Shown here in pieces: positions 25,874 to 38,493 of a stretch of 64,000 nucleotides of DNA; position 1 is the first letter of the stretch, and every line of letters starts with the position of its first letter. The stretch covers positions 8,885,337 to 8,949,336 of the forward strand of contig OZ199838.1 of assembly GCA_964304625.1 (NCBI GenBank), in the 5' to 3' direction. A model generated the notes under the pieces. That model was given only the letters and a program-made list of their open reading frames with translations. It made no database searches and was not told the DNA's origin. The position numbers and the translations under genes are program-made. The stretch comes from Kudoa neothunni. Its lineage: Eukaryota; Animalia; Cnidaria.

Positions 25874-28800
25874 GGCAGTGACCATTGGCCCGAACATGTT
25901 AATTAAGCCATTCCTTTAGTTTCATTCCACTTAAAATAACATTAAAACTGTGTTATTAAATTATATATCATGTCTGTGATTATTTTGAAATGGGTATTAG
26001 ATATATGAGGTTCATTTATGTTGTTTATATCGGAAAAGACATGGAATTATTTGATTAATAGTAACTAACAATTAAATGCGTACATAAAATAAAATATGTC
26101 TTGAGGATGTAATTAAGCTTAGTTTGTATATCCAACAAATTGGCCTAAAGTATTGTTGAATATAGTTATCGATATTTCATGAATGCCGTACGTTGGAGTT
26201 GCACCAAATATTCAAGATATGGTGTCTGGATAGTACGAACCAAAAATTATAAGAAATATATAACTATTTTCTATCAATATTACATTAGCAATGTAAATAA
26301 TTTATCATAATTTTACATAGATTACTTTCAGGAATATTGAATATTAGGCAACTTTACAACAATAATTAGCTTAGCGGTTATGTAGCGTTTAAAAGAAGAA
26401 AATCGAATGAGATCATAGATAAATTTATATTTTTGATTAATTATCCAAATTTTCGTTATTTTTAAAGCCATAGATTGTTCGAGAGCTAAATGTTTTTCTG
26501 CCTTTTATTCTCTGACATCTTGCATCGTTTGCAGTACCAATACTTGTGTGTTGGATTAATGCTAATGCACTGGCATTTAAAATGACTCCATTCAAGACAA
26601 ATGTCACAACCAATTGCTGAATCAACATTTGACAAATATGTTTTGCAGATATTGCACCTATATCCAACAGTTGTTTTTTGCTTTATAATTTGTTTAAGGT
26701 TAAATAGAGCATCTTTGCTAAAATAAATGAATATCTTATCTAATTGAATTCTCGGATCGAATATTCCATCACTTATGTTGTCCAACAAAACTTCCACATC
26801 TTTTTCCTCAATTATAACCTTTCGATTAATAACCTTAACAGCGAGGTCTTTACTAACAAACCAACCAAGAATTTCTGAAAAGAATTACATCATTCCTGTT
26901 AATAATAGAGTTACTCAAAATCTTTTGTTTCTCTGTTAGATTAAAAAACGATTTGGTGTAATAGGGTGATTTTTTTGTTCCTATTACTGTAGTAGATGAT
27001 CCCTTTGGGCGACCCTTATGTTTAATTCTAATTGGAAGAACTAATTCTGAAACAAATATAAAACAATAAGTATCTTATGTAAAACCTGAAATCTGATTAT
27101 TTATAGTGATATCATCGTTCGACTTATACAACCTATTAAATAATTAAAGTAATGGATCAAAAAAATTAAACAAAATACTTCCAGAAGGATACACATTGAT
27201 TTTTCCATTGGATGGATCTATTTTCATTGTTGGTGGATTTTCTTCATTTAGCTTAACAATACTAATTTTTTCATTTTTTTCAATAAATGTGACTAGTTTT
27301 TTAAGTTCATTTATCCAATATTCATAGTCAGAACCAGGTTTTTCGGAAACTCTTGATGAAATGGTCTTGAATAAGCTGGAAGTCTGATTAAATATTTTTT
27401 TCTCGGAATAGATTGTCGTGGATTTCGGTAAAACATTTACAGTTATGAACTCTTTTTGTGGTGATCCATTGGTTTGTTCGTCGCTTACTTTAAGTCGTGA
27501 GTTATTCAAGAAATACTCTCTAGTCCATCTTTTAGAACACAAACTTTTTTCAAAGAGGGGAAGATTGCTTTTTTTCGTTCCAAAAATATGTGGCAGCACG
27601 GTAAGCTCATACCCATTCTGAAAAGACAATTACATTCCTCAATATTTGAAACCGCATTGTCATCTGAAAACATTACATTGTCTATATCGTTAATTTCCCA
27701 CACATCTACTTTGTCAAATTCCTTTGCAACTAACTTAAAAGAATATTTTGTTAGATGATTAAAATATTTTTCCATATCAGAATCCAAAACTTTTTGTGGA
27801 GTCTTAAGCATTTCCCTGATGGCTTTATTATCACGTTCGATTCGTGTGCTGTCGATATAGGTAAAGAATTTCTTGAAAAACTCTTCGAATGAAGAATAAA
27901 GTGGGATGACTTGCTTGATTTTAGAATTTAAACTCTCAACTCTATTGTTAGTAAAGTTTAGGAACATCCCGTCAAGTCTTCTCAAACCAGTAACTTATTC
28001 CTCTTTTATTAAGTCCCAGTTTTTTTTAAATAATTATAAATATTTTCTCCGACACATTCTTTGAGTTTTTTCTTGTTAAAATCATATTCTTCAATGTTTT
28101 TCGAATATGCTATATTTTGGAGGTGTAAACGCGACGTCTCCTTTTCTTGAGAACTAATGTTCATTCGTTCTACTTGAATTTCACGAGAAAACGACTTGAG
28201 GACATGATATAAACATATCTGAAGGTTAGCATTTGGGAATTTTTTTTTCAGGACTTTTCTTTCGACCAAATCTTTATCAGTCATCAATATTTTTGTATCT
28301 GTTTCCATTGTAGGATTGTGTTTTTTCAACGTATCGATAAACCACCCAAAAATTTCTTCGGTCTCTTCCACTAATAATTCCAGTTGCCACAATTTCACTA
28401 GAACCTCTAGCATCCAAAACAACCAAAAAATATACAGGCGCTCTACAATCCATTAATTTATAGGTAGCGTCTATAAAAGTAATTTCGGGGTAGGCTTTTA
28501 GGCATTTTTTCATATCAATATCTTGGAAAAATAATCCTTTGAATTTTGAGTCATCTTACAAAATCTCGATAAATGTGTTGCGTTTCTTTTTGAGTGACGT
28601 CAAAAATTCAATAGTCTTTGAATGTGATTTCATAGAATATTTCATGTTTTCCAGCTTTTTCATTGGAACAAACTTTCCATATTCTCTCAATATTTTTTCT
28701 TGAATGGCTTTAAAATTTCCGTTAACTTCCACTAACTGTTTAATACAAGAAACTTACTGCTGATTTAATTTCATGGCTTTAGGTAAAAACTTTCTGGGAA

Positions 28801-29634
28801 ACATTATTGAATTGTGGTTATGAGCCAAATCGAGAGATCTTAATACCAGCCTTTGGCCATCTGCATCCGCCGAAAACTTCAAAAAAACTGGACATCCTTT
28901 AAAATAAGAGCTAGTATTTCTTTGACCAGACGACCTCTTTCGCTAAATTCATATGTAAGTTATTTGTTAAAAAATTATTTTAAATTTTAAAATTAGTGAA
29001 ATATATTAATTAATCAGTAAATACACACAACAGAAGAAGTCAACAATTATTCAAAAAATATACGTTTTTTCCTACGTGGATGCAACAGTATTTTATTTGG
29101 TAACATTTAAGATCAGGATTTAATGTTCTGTCACTACGTTTTTGAGCTGTTCCAATCGTCTTGCAGTTTAGTATAGACAAACTGATCATGTTGTTTAGTT
29201 CAAGTTGTTTAATTTTCAACTCTAATTCTTTATAGCTGTTAAACGCATCACCAACTTTTAAAATATTGTTATTCTCAACAACGTTAGCATCAACATTCTC
29301 ATAATTTACACTAGTGTCCATTACGCAAATATTACCACGTTAAAGTACCCACGCGCCTTTCGGTATTATGGACTCCAAACGCATTTATCAAATGAATTTT
29401 CAAAAACAAATACTAAAATTCAAACGCAAATATCACATAATTGTTTAATAACGATTATTCTGGTGATAAGATTATTTTCATATAATTACGTAATTTCAGA
29501 CTTGACACTATCACATCCTTCGAATTTAGAAAAAAATACTTATATTGTATTTATCATGTTGTTAAATGTTATTTTGAGTGAAATGAAACTAAAGGGGTGG
29601 CCTAATTAACATGTTCGGGTCAATAGACACTACG
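25874..29634 (-). mobile_element. Full-length but decayed MULE-PHD, copy C (related subfamily)
   Basis: Imperfect TIR of about 70 bp (GGCAGTG..ATTGGCCCGAACATGTTAATTA...), perfect 9-bp TSD TTTTTATAA. ORF fragments 29040-29321, 28277-28513, 28009-28422, 27506-27985, 27144-27629 and 26486-26797 (PHD). KHKGRPKG exon with the same intron positions as copy A. Confidence 0.92.
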
Positions 29635-30655
29635 TTTTTATAAACCCTAATATCATCTAGTTAAATTCTAATTATAATTGAGAATATCATGATTGAATTC
29701 TTTAAAGTCCTTGACTTCTAATAGTACATTGAGGGGAGTTTTGCATTAGTTTATGGTCTTATTTTGGTGGAATACGTCAGGTAACCCATAGGCATCCGCG
29801 TTATTTTTTTTTCTGTGCCGTACAGGAAGGGTTAATTGCAAACAAATTTCCTTGATTTATTTAGATGCGTTGTAGATACATTTGTCGACAAATCTAGACT
29901 AAAAGAAAATCATTTACTGTTCATATTCGTGAATTTTTGTCTCAAATTAGTAAAGCGCGACCAACTATTACTAACAGTCTTGATAATTAGTGAGGTATGT
30001 TGTGGTACAAATGGCATTGGAAAAGTCATGAATATGAATATATTTTTTACATTAAAATATTTTTTCCACGTCATATACTTCAAATAAATTTTTACTGATT
30101 TCTCATTTTATTTCCAATGTTTTTGTTTCGATTGCTGACAAACTTTCCATCTATATGTTACCAAAACTTGTGTCCACCCACATAAGTACAATTATTTCAG
30201 AGTATTTCAAATAAACGTCTCTTATTTAGTTCATCATTTTATAGGAATTCTTATTAAAACAAATTTTGAACTGACACTATGTTCTCGGATATTCATCCTG
30301 TGTATTATTAGAGGTAATAAAAAATGTGAGATGCAACTAAAGTTTTAATTTATAAATATACAATTACTTTCGCCGTGAATTTCCTGACCTACTTTTATTA
30401 TGTTGAACACATTAAGTTTTCCTATAATCTTGTCTTTCAATTACATTGGTTGTATTCACACGAAAGTTCCTTCAAAGTTAAAAACATCCATGGATTTTGT
30501 ATTAACCTATGAGCTTATAATTTGGCTTTTAAATAATGGAATGTAAATTCGGTTAATTTTTTCCGTGTTTTTGCCAGTAAACACCTTAAAAACATTTCAA
30601 CTTTACTCGCATTTATAATGCGATTTATCAAGCACATTGAATACCTTTAAAATAA

Positions 30656-30766
30656 GGCAGAGGCTATTGGCACGGTAAAATTTAATCCAAAATGGCAAGC
30701 TGGTTACAGATGTAATTTTTTAGAATCAGTTATATTTAATTATTTACCGTGCCAATAGCCACTTCT
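30656..30766. mobile_element. 111-bp MULE-type MITE
   Basis: TIR of about 24 bp, GGCAGAGGCTATTGGCACGGTAAA, with perfect 9-bp TSD TTAAAATAA. Confidence 0.85.
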
Positions 30767-31086
30767 TTAAAATAATGCATAAAATAAACGCAGCAATTAA
30801 TAACTAATCCGCATACCTGTTCTACACTTTAACCAACATTTTGACTGAAACAATAAAGCGAATGGTGTTGATTTTCACATTTTCCAACTAAGATTGCGTT
30901 TTTTGCCTTCGAGATGTTTCGGGTAAAACCAGGAGTGCATTGGTATCAAATTCCACTTTAGCCTTTAATTTTTGAATTTTATTTGATATTCAAATTATTT
31001 AAAAAATTAACAGCTAATCACAATTACCACACCTTCGCCTAATTCTAGTAACACGAATAGTCCCTTCGCCAATTCTCGGATTACCG

Positions 31087-32103
31087 ATGGATCAAGCTTT
31101 GTCGAGGGAGTTGCTAGCTTTCAAAAAACGCAAAACCACCAGTCTACAGACGTCGTCAGTAGATGGTATCGATTCAGTTGTTGGTAAAAAACAAGATTGT
31201 CCTTCAAGGAAGAGAAAGGTAGCTTCCATCCAACGGACTAAATCTTCGAACAACGCCGCAGCATTAGCTAATGTTTCTTTACCACCACAAGTTTTAAATA
31301 GTATTAAGAAAAACAAAAACTCGTTAATAGGGCCAAACAATCTTAACTCTAGCCCGTTGGCCAAAAACAACGCAATCAATAAGTATTACTGTTCCAACAA
31401 AACCAAGAGTAGCATATTAGCGGTTGTTGTCGACTTCTTGAAGGATAAATATTTTGAGGAATTAGAGTTGGTGACAGCCAACAAAAAGCAGGCATTAGAT
31501 GAGGCCACGATTTCGTTTACATTAGATGAAATCTTGGATAAAACCCAGAATTTGAACACGGCCCTTACGGATCAGAATTGGCTGGTACAAAATGCCTTGC
31601 CCAACAATCCCCGCATTAAACTTTACAATAAAAAGTTCCGTTACAAACCTTATTATGATGTTTACGATAGAAAAACACTAGTGAAATTGCTTGAAAATTT
31701 CAATAACAATGGTTACGGCGGTATTCTTATTGATGAACTGCGCGACTCAATGATCAGCACGGACCAGATTATACTGGCACTGAGGAATAGGATTTTTCAT
31801 TTAACCAGGAATACTGATAAAAAAGACGTTATATTCTACTTCGATCCTCAATACGTTATGAATGTGGATGAGGAGTTGACGTCATTATGGAAAAGTGTAA
31901 ACATTGAAGGCAATGATGAAAAGGGCATCGAGAAATACCTATCAATGGCTAATATTTCATGTTTTAATGTGTCTCCTTCTGGCCTCACTAGCATTAATGA
32001 ACAGAAAAAGAAGGAAGATAAAAAGAGCAAGGGTCGTGGACGACAAGCCAAAATACACAATGTTCATTTACCGGACGGAATACTGAAAGATTATAATTTT
32101 TGA
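31087..32103 (+). CDS. GTF2E2: General transcription factor IIE subunit beta, intronless
   Basis: MDQALSRELLAFKKR N-terminus, LAVVVDFLK, ALPNNPRI, FRYKP, GGILIDEL, VDEELTSLWKSV, HNVHL..ILKDY C-terminus. Confidence 0.93.
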   Translation: MDQALSRELLAFKKRKTTSLQTSSVDGIDSVVGKKQDCPSRKRKVASIQRTKSSNNAAALANVSLPPQVLNSIKKNKNSLIGPNNLNSSPLAKNNAINKYYCSNKTKSSILAVVVDFLKDKYFEELELVTANKKQALDEATISFTLDEILDKTQNLNTALTDQNWLVQNALPNNPRIKLYNKKFRYKPYYDVYDRKTLVKLLENFNNNGYGGILIDELRDSMISTDQIILALRNRIFHLTRNTDKKDVIFYFDPQYVMNVDEELTSLWKSVNIEGNDEKGIEKYLSMANISCFNVSPSGLTSINEQKKKEDKKSKGRGRQAKIHNVHLPDGILKDYNF

Positions 32104-33489
32104 TAGGGACTCTGTTGTAGTGTAGATTTTTTTTACCTTGGTGTTTTTTGAATAGGCGTGTTTTTATTTTTTCGGCGAATTCGAATTTTTTATTAGATAT
32201 TTAAACTTCTTGAAGGTTTACATACAATAGGAATTCTTACCCAATTTTATATAAACAATGACAGACCAACTGTCTGACAGTAAAGTAATACGCTGTCTCA
32301 ATAAGATCAGTTTGTTTGGTACAAAATTTTGTACAAATTTAATTCTGTTGAATAGAATTTGAACTAACTAAATTTATTCATAGCAGTGTTTCACAACCAT
32401 TTTTCTATCATGGCCCATTTTTCCTGAAAATATTAACTTTTTGATGGTGTCTATTTGCATCCCTCGGCGCATGCGCGGAGGATTATAACATCATCTCTAT
32501 GTGTGCTTTTTCTCTTATATTGGTTGTCGCAAAAAACACTAATAGACACAAACGATGAATAATATTTTTTCTACTTTTTAATAATCAACACAATTTTTTA
32601 ATTGTTTTAGTCTTCCTTTTACTTTAGTGGTGTCGAATTTACTTAGTGCTGATAAAACTCACAGTTTTTAACCGTCACACAAATAGGATAATCTAGTGTA
32701 ATTTGTGCTATTTTTAGAATAATCTAATTTTTGTGTATATCGATTTTATCGATAAGTGGAACGAAAATTGAAATTACACGAGTTGGAATTTTTTTCATTT
32801 GGTTTATTTATGGAAAATGTGGTTTTATTCTAGTATTGATATTTTAAGTTTTTTAGGCTTTTGTAAAATTCGTTGTATTGACTACTACCAAGGGTATTTA
32901 ATTGATCCTATATTTCAGAACATAATTGTTTGTTGTTTTTAAACTTTTCTTTTAAATGTATATTGGTTGGTAAAACATTCAAACCGATATTTTGTGAATC
33001 AATACAGGGAGAGTTTATAGTTGTTGAAATATCGTCGTATGTCATATTGCACACGTCATTATTATCGAGGAATATATCATTGTTCGTACAAACCACCTTC
33101 CATTGCATATAGAATCAGAAATCAAAATTAAAGATTTTACTTTTGCAATTAAAAGTTTTCATGAGAGAGAATATCGTTGAAAAAGTGTACAATCAAACTT
33201 GTATATATTATCTGGAAACGTAACCATTGCTGAACAAGACACAATGTGAACAAAGAACATGTTTTTTAAATCCCTAATTGATAATGATTTCAGATTTTGA
33301 GTCTCGAATTTGATTTTATCAGCAAAAAAACTGAGCAAACCATTTATTATTGCCAAAATATCAACATCATCAATGCTGTTGTTATTCATAAGAATCAGGC
33401 TATTTTTTATAAATTATCACCATGGATGGTCTTACAGTAATTGAGTATTGAATTGACTTAGTGAATTAACGATGACTTTGACATAAATC

Positions 33490-35861
33490 GGTAATGGGGG
33501 AGTATCCACCTCCAAAAATTCGTCCTTTTTCGCGTATGCAAACCTACCGATTTTATTATAAATCGTCTTAATACATTTTTTAAATATGGATTGAACACAA
33601 ATATCTTTAAGAATATCAGTTAAAAAAATCAATAAAAATGCAGCTTCGGTCATTATCGTAGCGTGCGCATAACTTTACGCGTTCTTTTTTTGTGCTTTAT
33701 TTCCCTAAGTTTCCACATATATACACCTTTGAGGCTATCATTATGTTCAGTTTAATTAAGTTCTATGATATCATTAGAATTATCAATAGATCCCTACTTT
33801 AGTTCTACATTTTGGGTGTTAGATATAGTTTTTGTGATTTTAATTATTAGTTTAAAAAATTTTGATCAGAGATGAATTAATGAGTTATATTTAAAAAGTT
33901 TCTGTGACACGCTACTGACTGAAGCTTAGCAATGGTAGAATTTAAGTCGCAGCGCCTGTTTTACAGGTTGCTTCTAGATCAAGAAACATTGCTGAACTTC
34001 TTAACCAGGAAAGGTCTATTGCAGGAAATGCCGAACAAATGAAAAAATTGTCGTACGTATACCACCTGTAAATTAAAGATTGAACGAAGGTTAAAAACAA
34101 TTTCACAGACCTACAATTTTTTTGTTAATCAGACAAATCCACTTATATTTGTTTCAAAGGGATTTAATGTTTCTGAAATTATTATGAATATAATTGTAGA
34201 AATGATTGTAAAAAATTCTCTCCAAGAGCCTCAACTTTTTTTGGAATTATGAATAAATTTTATGATAATTCTTCCAAGTTATCGGTCTCCGACATTTGCT
34301 AACTGGTCTATTTGTGGGCTATGGAAGAGTTTAGATGCCAGGCGATTATTTTAACTAGAATAACAGACAAAACTATTACATATTGGTACTCATCTTTAAG
34401 AAAAATTTGTTGGGGAGGTTTTCAGTGGCGTAAAAAGTTCGACGGAAAAAGAATTATTGAAATAGACGAATGCCTTTTGAGAGAAAAACGGAAAAATAAT
34501 CGTGTTGGGTTCTTGGGAGCAGAGGTCTGGAGAATCGCCCCTAATGAAACCTATTCTCCGTCATCTGATGATGACACGGATGATGATTCTGGTGGCACTA
34601 ATGTCGAAAGATATGAGAACAGAATAGAAGGTCCGTCGGTAGTTGAGATTTGTGAATACTCCGTTGACGATGAAGGTAAACGTAAATTGCTGGAGTCGAG
34701 ATTTTTCTTTGTGGATCGAAGGGAAAAATATACGTATACCCCTAATTCTTCAAGAGGTATCACATTACTCCAGAATATACACAAACGAATGGAAAGAGTA
34801 CAAACGATTAAGAATTTGGGGGTATAATCATATAGCTATAAACCATTCAAAAACGAAGCTTTTGCGAAGGATGAGTGGTGTGCCGAAATTTTATGCTTTA
34901 TTTGTATCTGACTGAGGAGTGGTTACGATTGAAACGTGAAAATTCATGGGAGTTTTTCGATTTTATTTTTAAAGAAATAACGAGAATATATTCCATTACC
35001 AATAATAATAGAAATAATGAAAATTGGTTCATCCAATTTTATTGTTTGATTCTTCTTCGATTTGCGGACACACGTTTAGTATCTTTTATATAATTTGGTG
35101 CGCCGATAATTTTTTTAATTCCATGTAATACAAGTTGTTAACAAATTTATAACAAACATTGGTTACTTTTTGGTTGTCTTGGGTGACGAAATAATAAAAA
35201 TAAACTAAATGCTTCATTTTTAATATGTTTGCGTTGGTCTAGTCTCTAGAACCAAGGATCATTATGTAACCTTCTCATACAAAACGATTTTTTTAAGTAT
35301 TAATTTTTCCATACACAGTAATTTATTAAATAATTTACAAGTTTCTAATGTATTATAAATATGGGAAATATTATGAAAGTCATAGTAATATCACATTTAC
35401 TCGCATCACTAAAAAAATGAACCACTAAGAAAATTATATAAACTAAAGTTAGTTGGTTTTGACGTTTCTAATCAACTAAACTTTTAATTTTTAAAAATTC
35501 TTTCTGGATAGAAGTTAATTTAAATTCAAACTTTATATCTAAATCTATTACTGCCGAGTCAAATATGATTTTAACACTTAAATGCTATAATATGACCAGT
35601 TTGGAGATAATGATAGCCTCAAAGTTGTATATATGTGGAAACTTAGGGAAATAAAGCACAAAAAAAGAACGCGTAAAGTTATGCGCACGCTACGATAATG
35701 ACCGAAGCTGCATTTTTATTGATTTTTTTAACTGATATTCTTAAAGATATTTGTGTTCAATCCATATTTAAAAAATGTATTAAGACGATTTATAATAAAA
35801 TCGGTAGGTTTGCATACGCGAAAAAGGACGAATTTTTGGAGGTGGATACTCCCCCACCACC
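33490..35861 (+). mobile_element. Merlin/ISXO2-like element with 255-bp terminal inverted repeats and decayed transposase
   Basis: 33490-33744 and 35607-35861 are near-identical inverted copies, which produce the twin MTEAAF ORFs. Interior: YWYSSLRKIC..IIEIDECLLREKRKNNR..GP..FFFVDRR, YNHIAINHSK. Confidence 0.75.
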
Positions 35862-37515
35862 TATTTTTGTTTACTCTTATCTTTATTATTGTATTATGGT
35901 ATCATTAATTATTTTTCCACGCTTTTTAGATCGATTTTATATTTTATTTTTCTATAATAGGCGATAATGTAAGACGAATCAATAATAACCTTGATTAAGA
36001 TTAAATATAATAAAAATAATTTATGAACATATTTATTCTAAAAACTAAAATAAAAATGATTAATCGTTTATTACAAACGTTTTAGTCAAAATAATTGGTA
36101 TCTAAGGTTTTTATACAATTTAGCGCGTTGCGTTATTTTATTAGTTTAATTTAAGGACTCATGAAATATTTACTTGTTTTTAAGGAACAAATATTTCCAG
36201 CTTTATTAAGAAAATAATGCTTATAACTAAACTATAGTTAATAACAATTTTTATTTCAATTTTTAATATTAGAAGATGATAGATTTGATAAATAAGGATT
36301 TAGCTTCAATTATTTTTAGTCAGTTGGGTTTGACTACCTTTAATTTAAAAGTTACATGTATTACATAGTTTATTGATTAAAACATCTTTAAAATGTTGAG
36401 TTCAATTTTGTTTTGATTGTAAATATTCGCAATTAGTATTAAAATATACCTCTAGAAAAATTTTAATAATTGCAATTATTGATTTTTACCAACAACAATC
36501 AATGATTCCACATCCCTGCTCATCTGACTATTCAAAATTAGACATTTATGAAATTTTAAATAATCTGTACTAATTAAGAATTCTTCAGAGTTTCTATGTG
36601 CGAATGTTTGATAGCATGTTTAGATATAGTGCTAGATTTGTAAAAATAGTCTTTCTATTTAATGAGTGAGAAGTTTTCCCACAGATGGAGATCGACAACA
36701 TTTGTGTTCTCAACTAACCCAAGATTTTTTTCAGAAACTTCTGTAAATTTTTTAAAATTGCATTATTTTGAATTTTTATCTAAATAATTGGGACACTTAG
36801 GGCTGGCAGTATTTCCGCGTGTTCTAACTTCCGCCCGAACACATTAACAATGTTTGTTCGACTAGCTTTTGTCCTAATCCAATTTAATGCTGTCCGTTTG
36901 CGGGTTAATTTTGTTTGACGTCGGATGAGGCGCCACCCTGATGCGCTCTTAAGATAGATATTCCATAAGGTTTTCGCTAGCGCCTCATTATTTTTTACCT
37001 CAAAGTTACACAACATTGAAAACATAATGCACAGTTGGAGCGATCTAGGTTGTAATAATTGATTATTCATCGTTGGACCATCAAACTTAAATTATGAATT
37101 TTTCATGAAAAAGCAATTAAAGCAATAACCAAAAAATTAGAAAACATGAATCTCGCGTTATCTAACTATTATTGTAGTTAGATTCAGGATTTTCAAGCTT
37201 CTTCTGCTCCATCATTTCATTAAAGTATCTCGTTTTTATACATCTTCGAAGGTTTTCCTTAGCAATGAAACACTTGGATTCACAATTAAAGTTATTCATA
37301 CATTCCTAACATTGTATTAATTCAAACTAAAATAAGGTTAATGACTTGAAGTTGCATGAATGCAACATGGCAATTGATTGATCGAAGATAGTTCAGATAA
37401 TTTTTATCGTAACCTCTTTTATTTTTCTCTTTTACGAATTAATTACAAAAAATATATTGAAATTACCCCCCTGTATTCCTAACATTTACGATCGAGCGCA
37501 TGCGACTTGTCATAA

Positions 37516-38268
37516 ATGGAGAAACGCACTTCAGGTATGTCGATTCTTTCTCCCAATATTCACATAATAATTATTTTTGAGGCTATTTTCTTGATTTTTT
37601 AAATTGAAAATATTTTTATTTCAATTTAGATCGCATAAAAGAACAATACAAAAGTGTTGTTGATGAAGAAACATTAAAAAAACAAGCATTACTCCATGTT
37701 GCCTATTTAGAAAGCGATTTCGGTGGGAGTAATAATTCGAAATTTAACAATGAAAAGGTCCGTGTCATGAAGCTGGATGATAATAATGAGCAGTCCGCCA
37801 ACAAACGAAAACAACGCAAGACCATAATGAAGAAGGAAAGCTTTAAACTGGTATCAAATTGAGTTTGATAATTTAAAACATTTTATTTAGAGAGTCAGAA
37901 GAAATTTCCCAGCATTAATAGAACAAGCTGTATACTTATTTTAATACTAGGTCAACAATATATTCTTTGTCTAGAAACAAGAAGCTAATGATAATCAATT
38001 AGCATATTTTTCTATTGTTTCTCCTCCATCAATGTATCCAAAAAGAAAATTCTGCTCAATTTGTGGGTAACTAAATAGCTTAATCGAATTGTTGCATTTT
38101 TAATTATGATGCTGTTTATATTGACAGATTCCCTTCAAGTTACAAATGTGCATCGTGCATGGCTAACTTTTGCAGTTTATCTTGCAACGACACACATCAG
38201 TCCACTAGGTGAAAAATGTTGTTTAGGTTTGTCTAACTTTTTATAGGTGTAATAAATGGGTTGTGTAA
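37516..38268 (+). CDS. ZNHIT1: Zinc finger HIT domain protein 1 (SWR1/SRCAP subunit Vps71/Swc6), multi-exon
   Basis: Spliced translation includes LESD..., PPSMYPKRKFCSICG/FPSSYKCASCMANFCSLSCNDTHQSTR/CNKWVV*. Short GT-AG introns. Confidence 0.88.
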
Positions 38269-38493
38269 TGTTAACTGAGATGGATATAAATATTTTTGTA
38301 TACTTATTGATTTCCTTCGTTTCATTATTTTTCGCGCAATATGGATTCTTATTTTTTGGCGCAGGTAATTATTCGTTAACTTAAAATGTCTTAATTCTTA
38401 AGCAGTTAATGTTTCAGTAGCTGGAGAAACGCAAAAATTAGCTTAGATATTCTACAATGAGTACTGGTGTCTTAAACTGAGTTTCTACTATTC

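Larger units (their letters stand above)
22186..29831 (+). mobile_element. piggyBac element (5' part missing), interrupted by two MULE insertions
   Basis: 22186-22436 translates V(N)ERLVRFKERCPFRVFMKSKPGRYGLK...VTVD. The frame resumes NFFISVPLAQKLL..LTGTIR..YNATSRGVD..RR at 24698, with a Cys-rich tail to about 25450. Terminus AAGGG|TTAA at 29831. Confidence 0.8.

Noticed and set aside
33432-35967. Two MTEAAFLLIF... ORFs as duplicated genes
   Set aside because: They are by-products of the 255-bp inverted repeat and diverge where the repeat ends.
36780-37070. 96-aa minus-strand ORF divergent from ZNHIT1
   Set aside because: No recognisable domain or supported splice structure.
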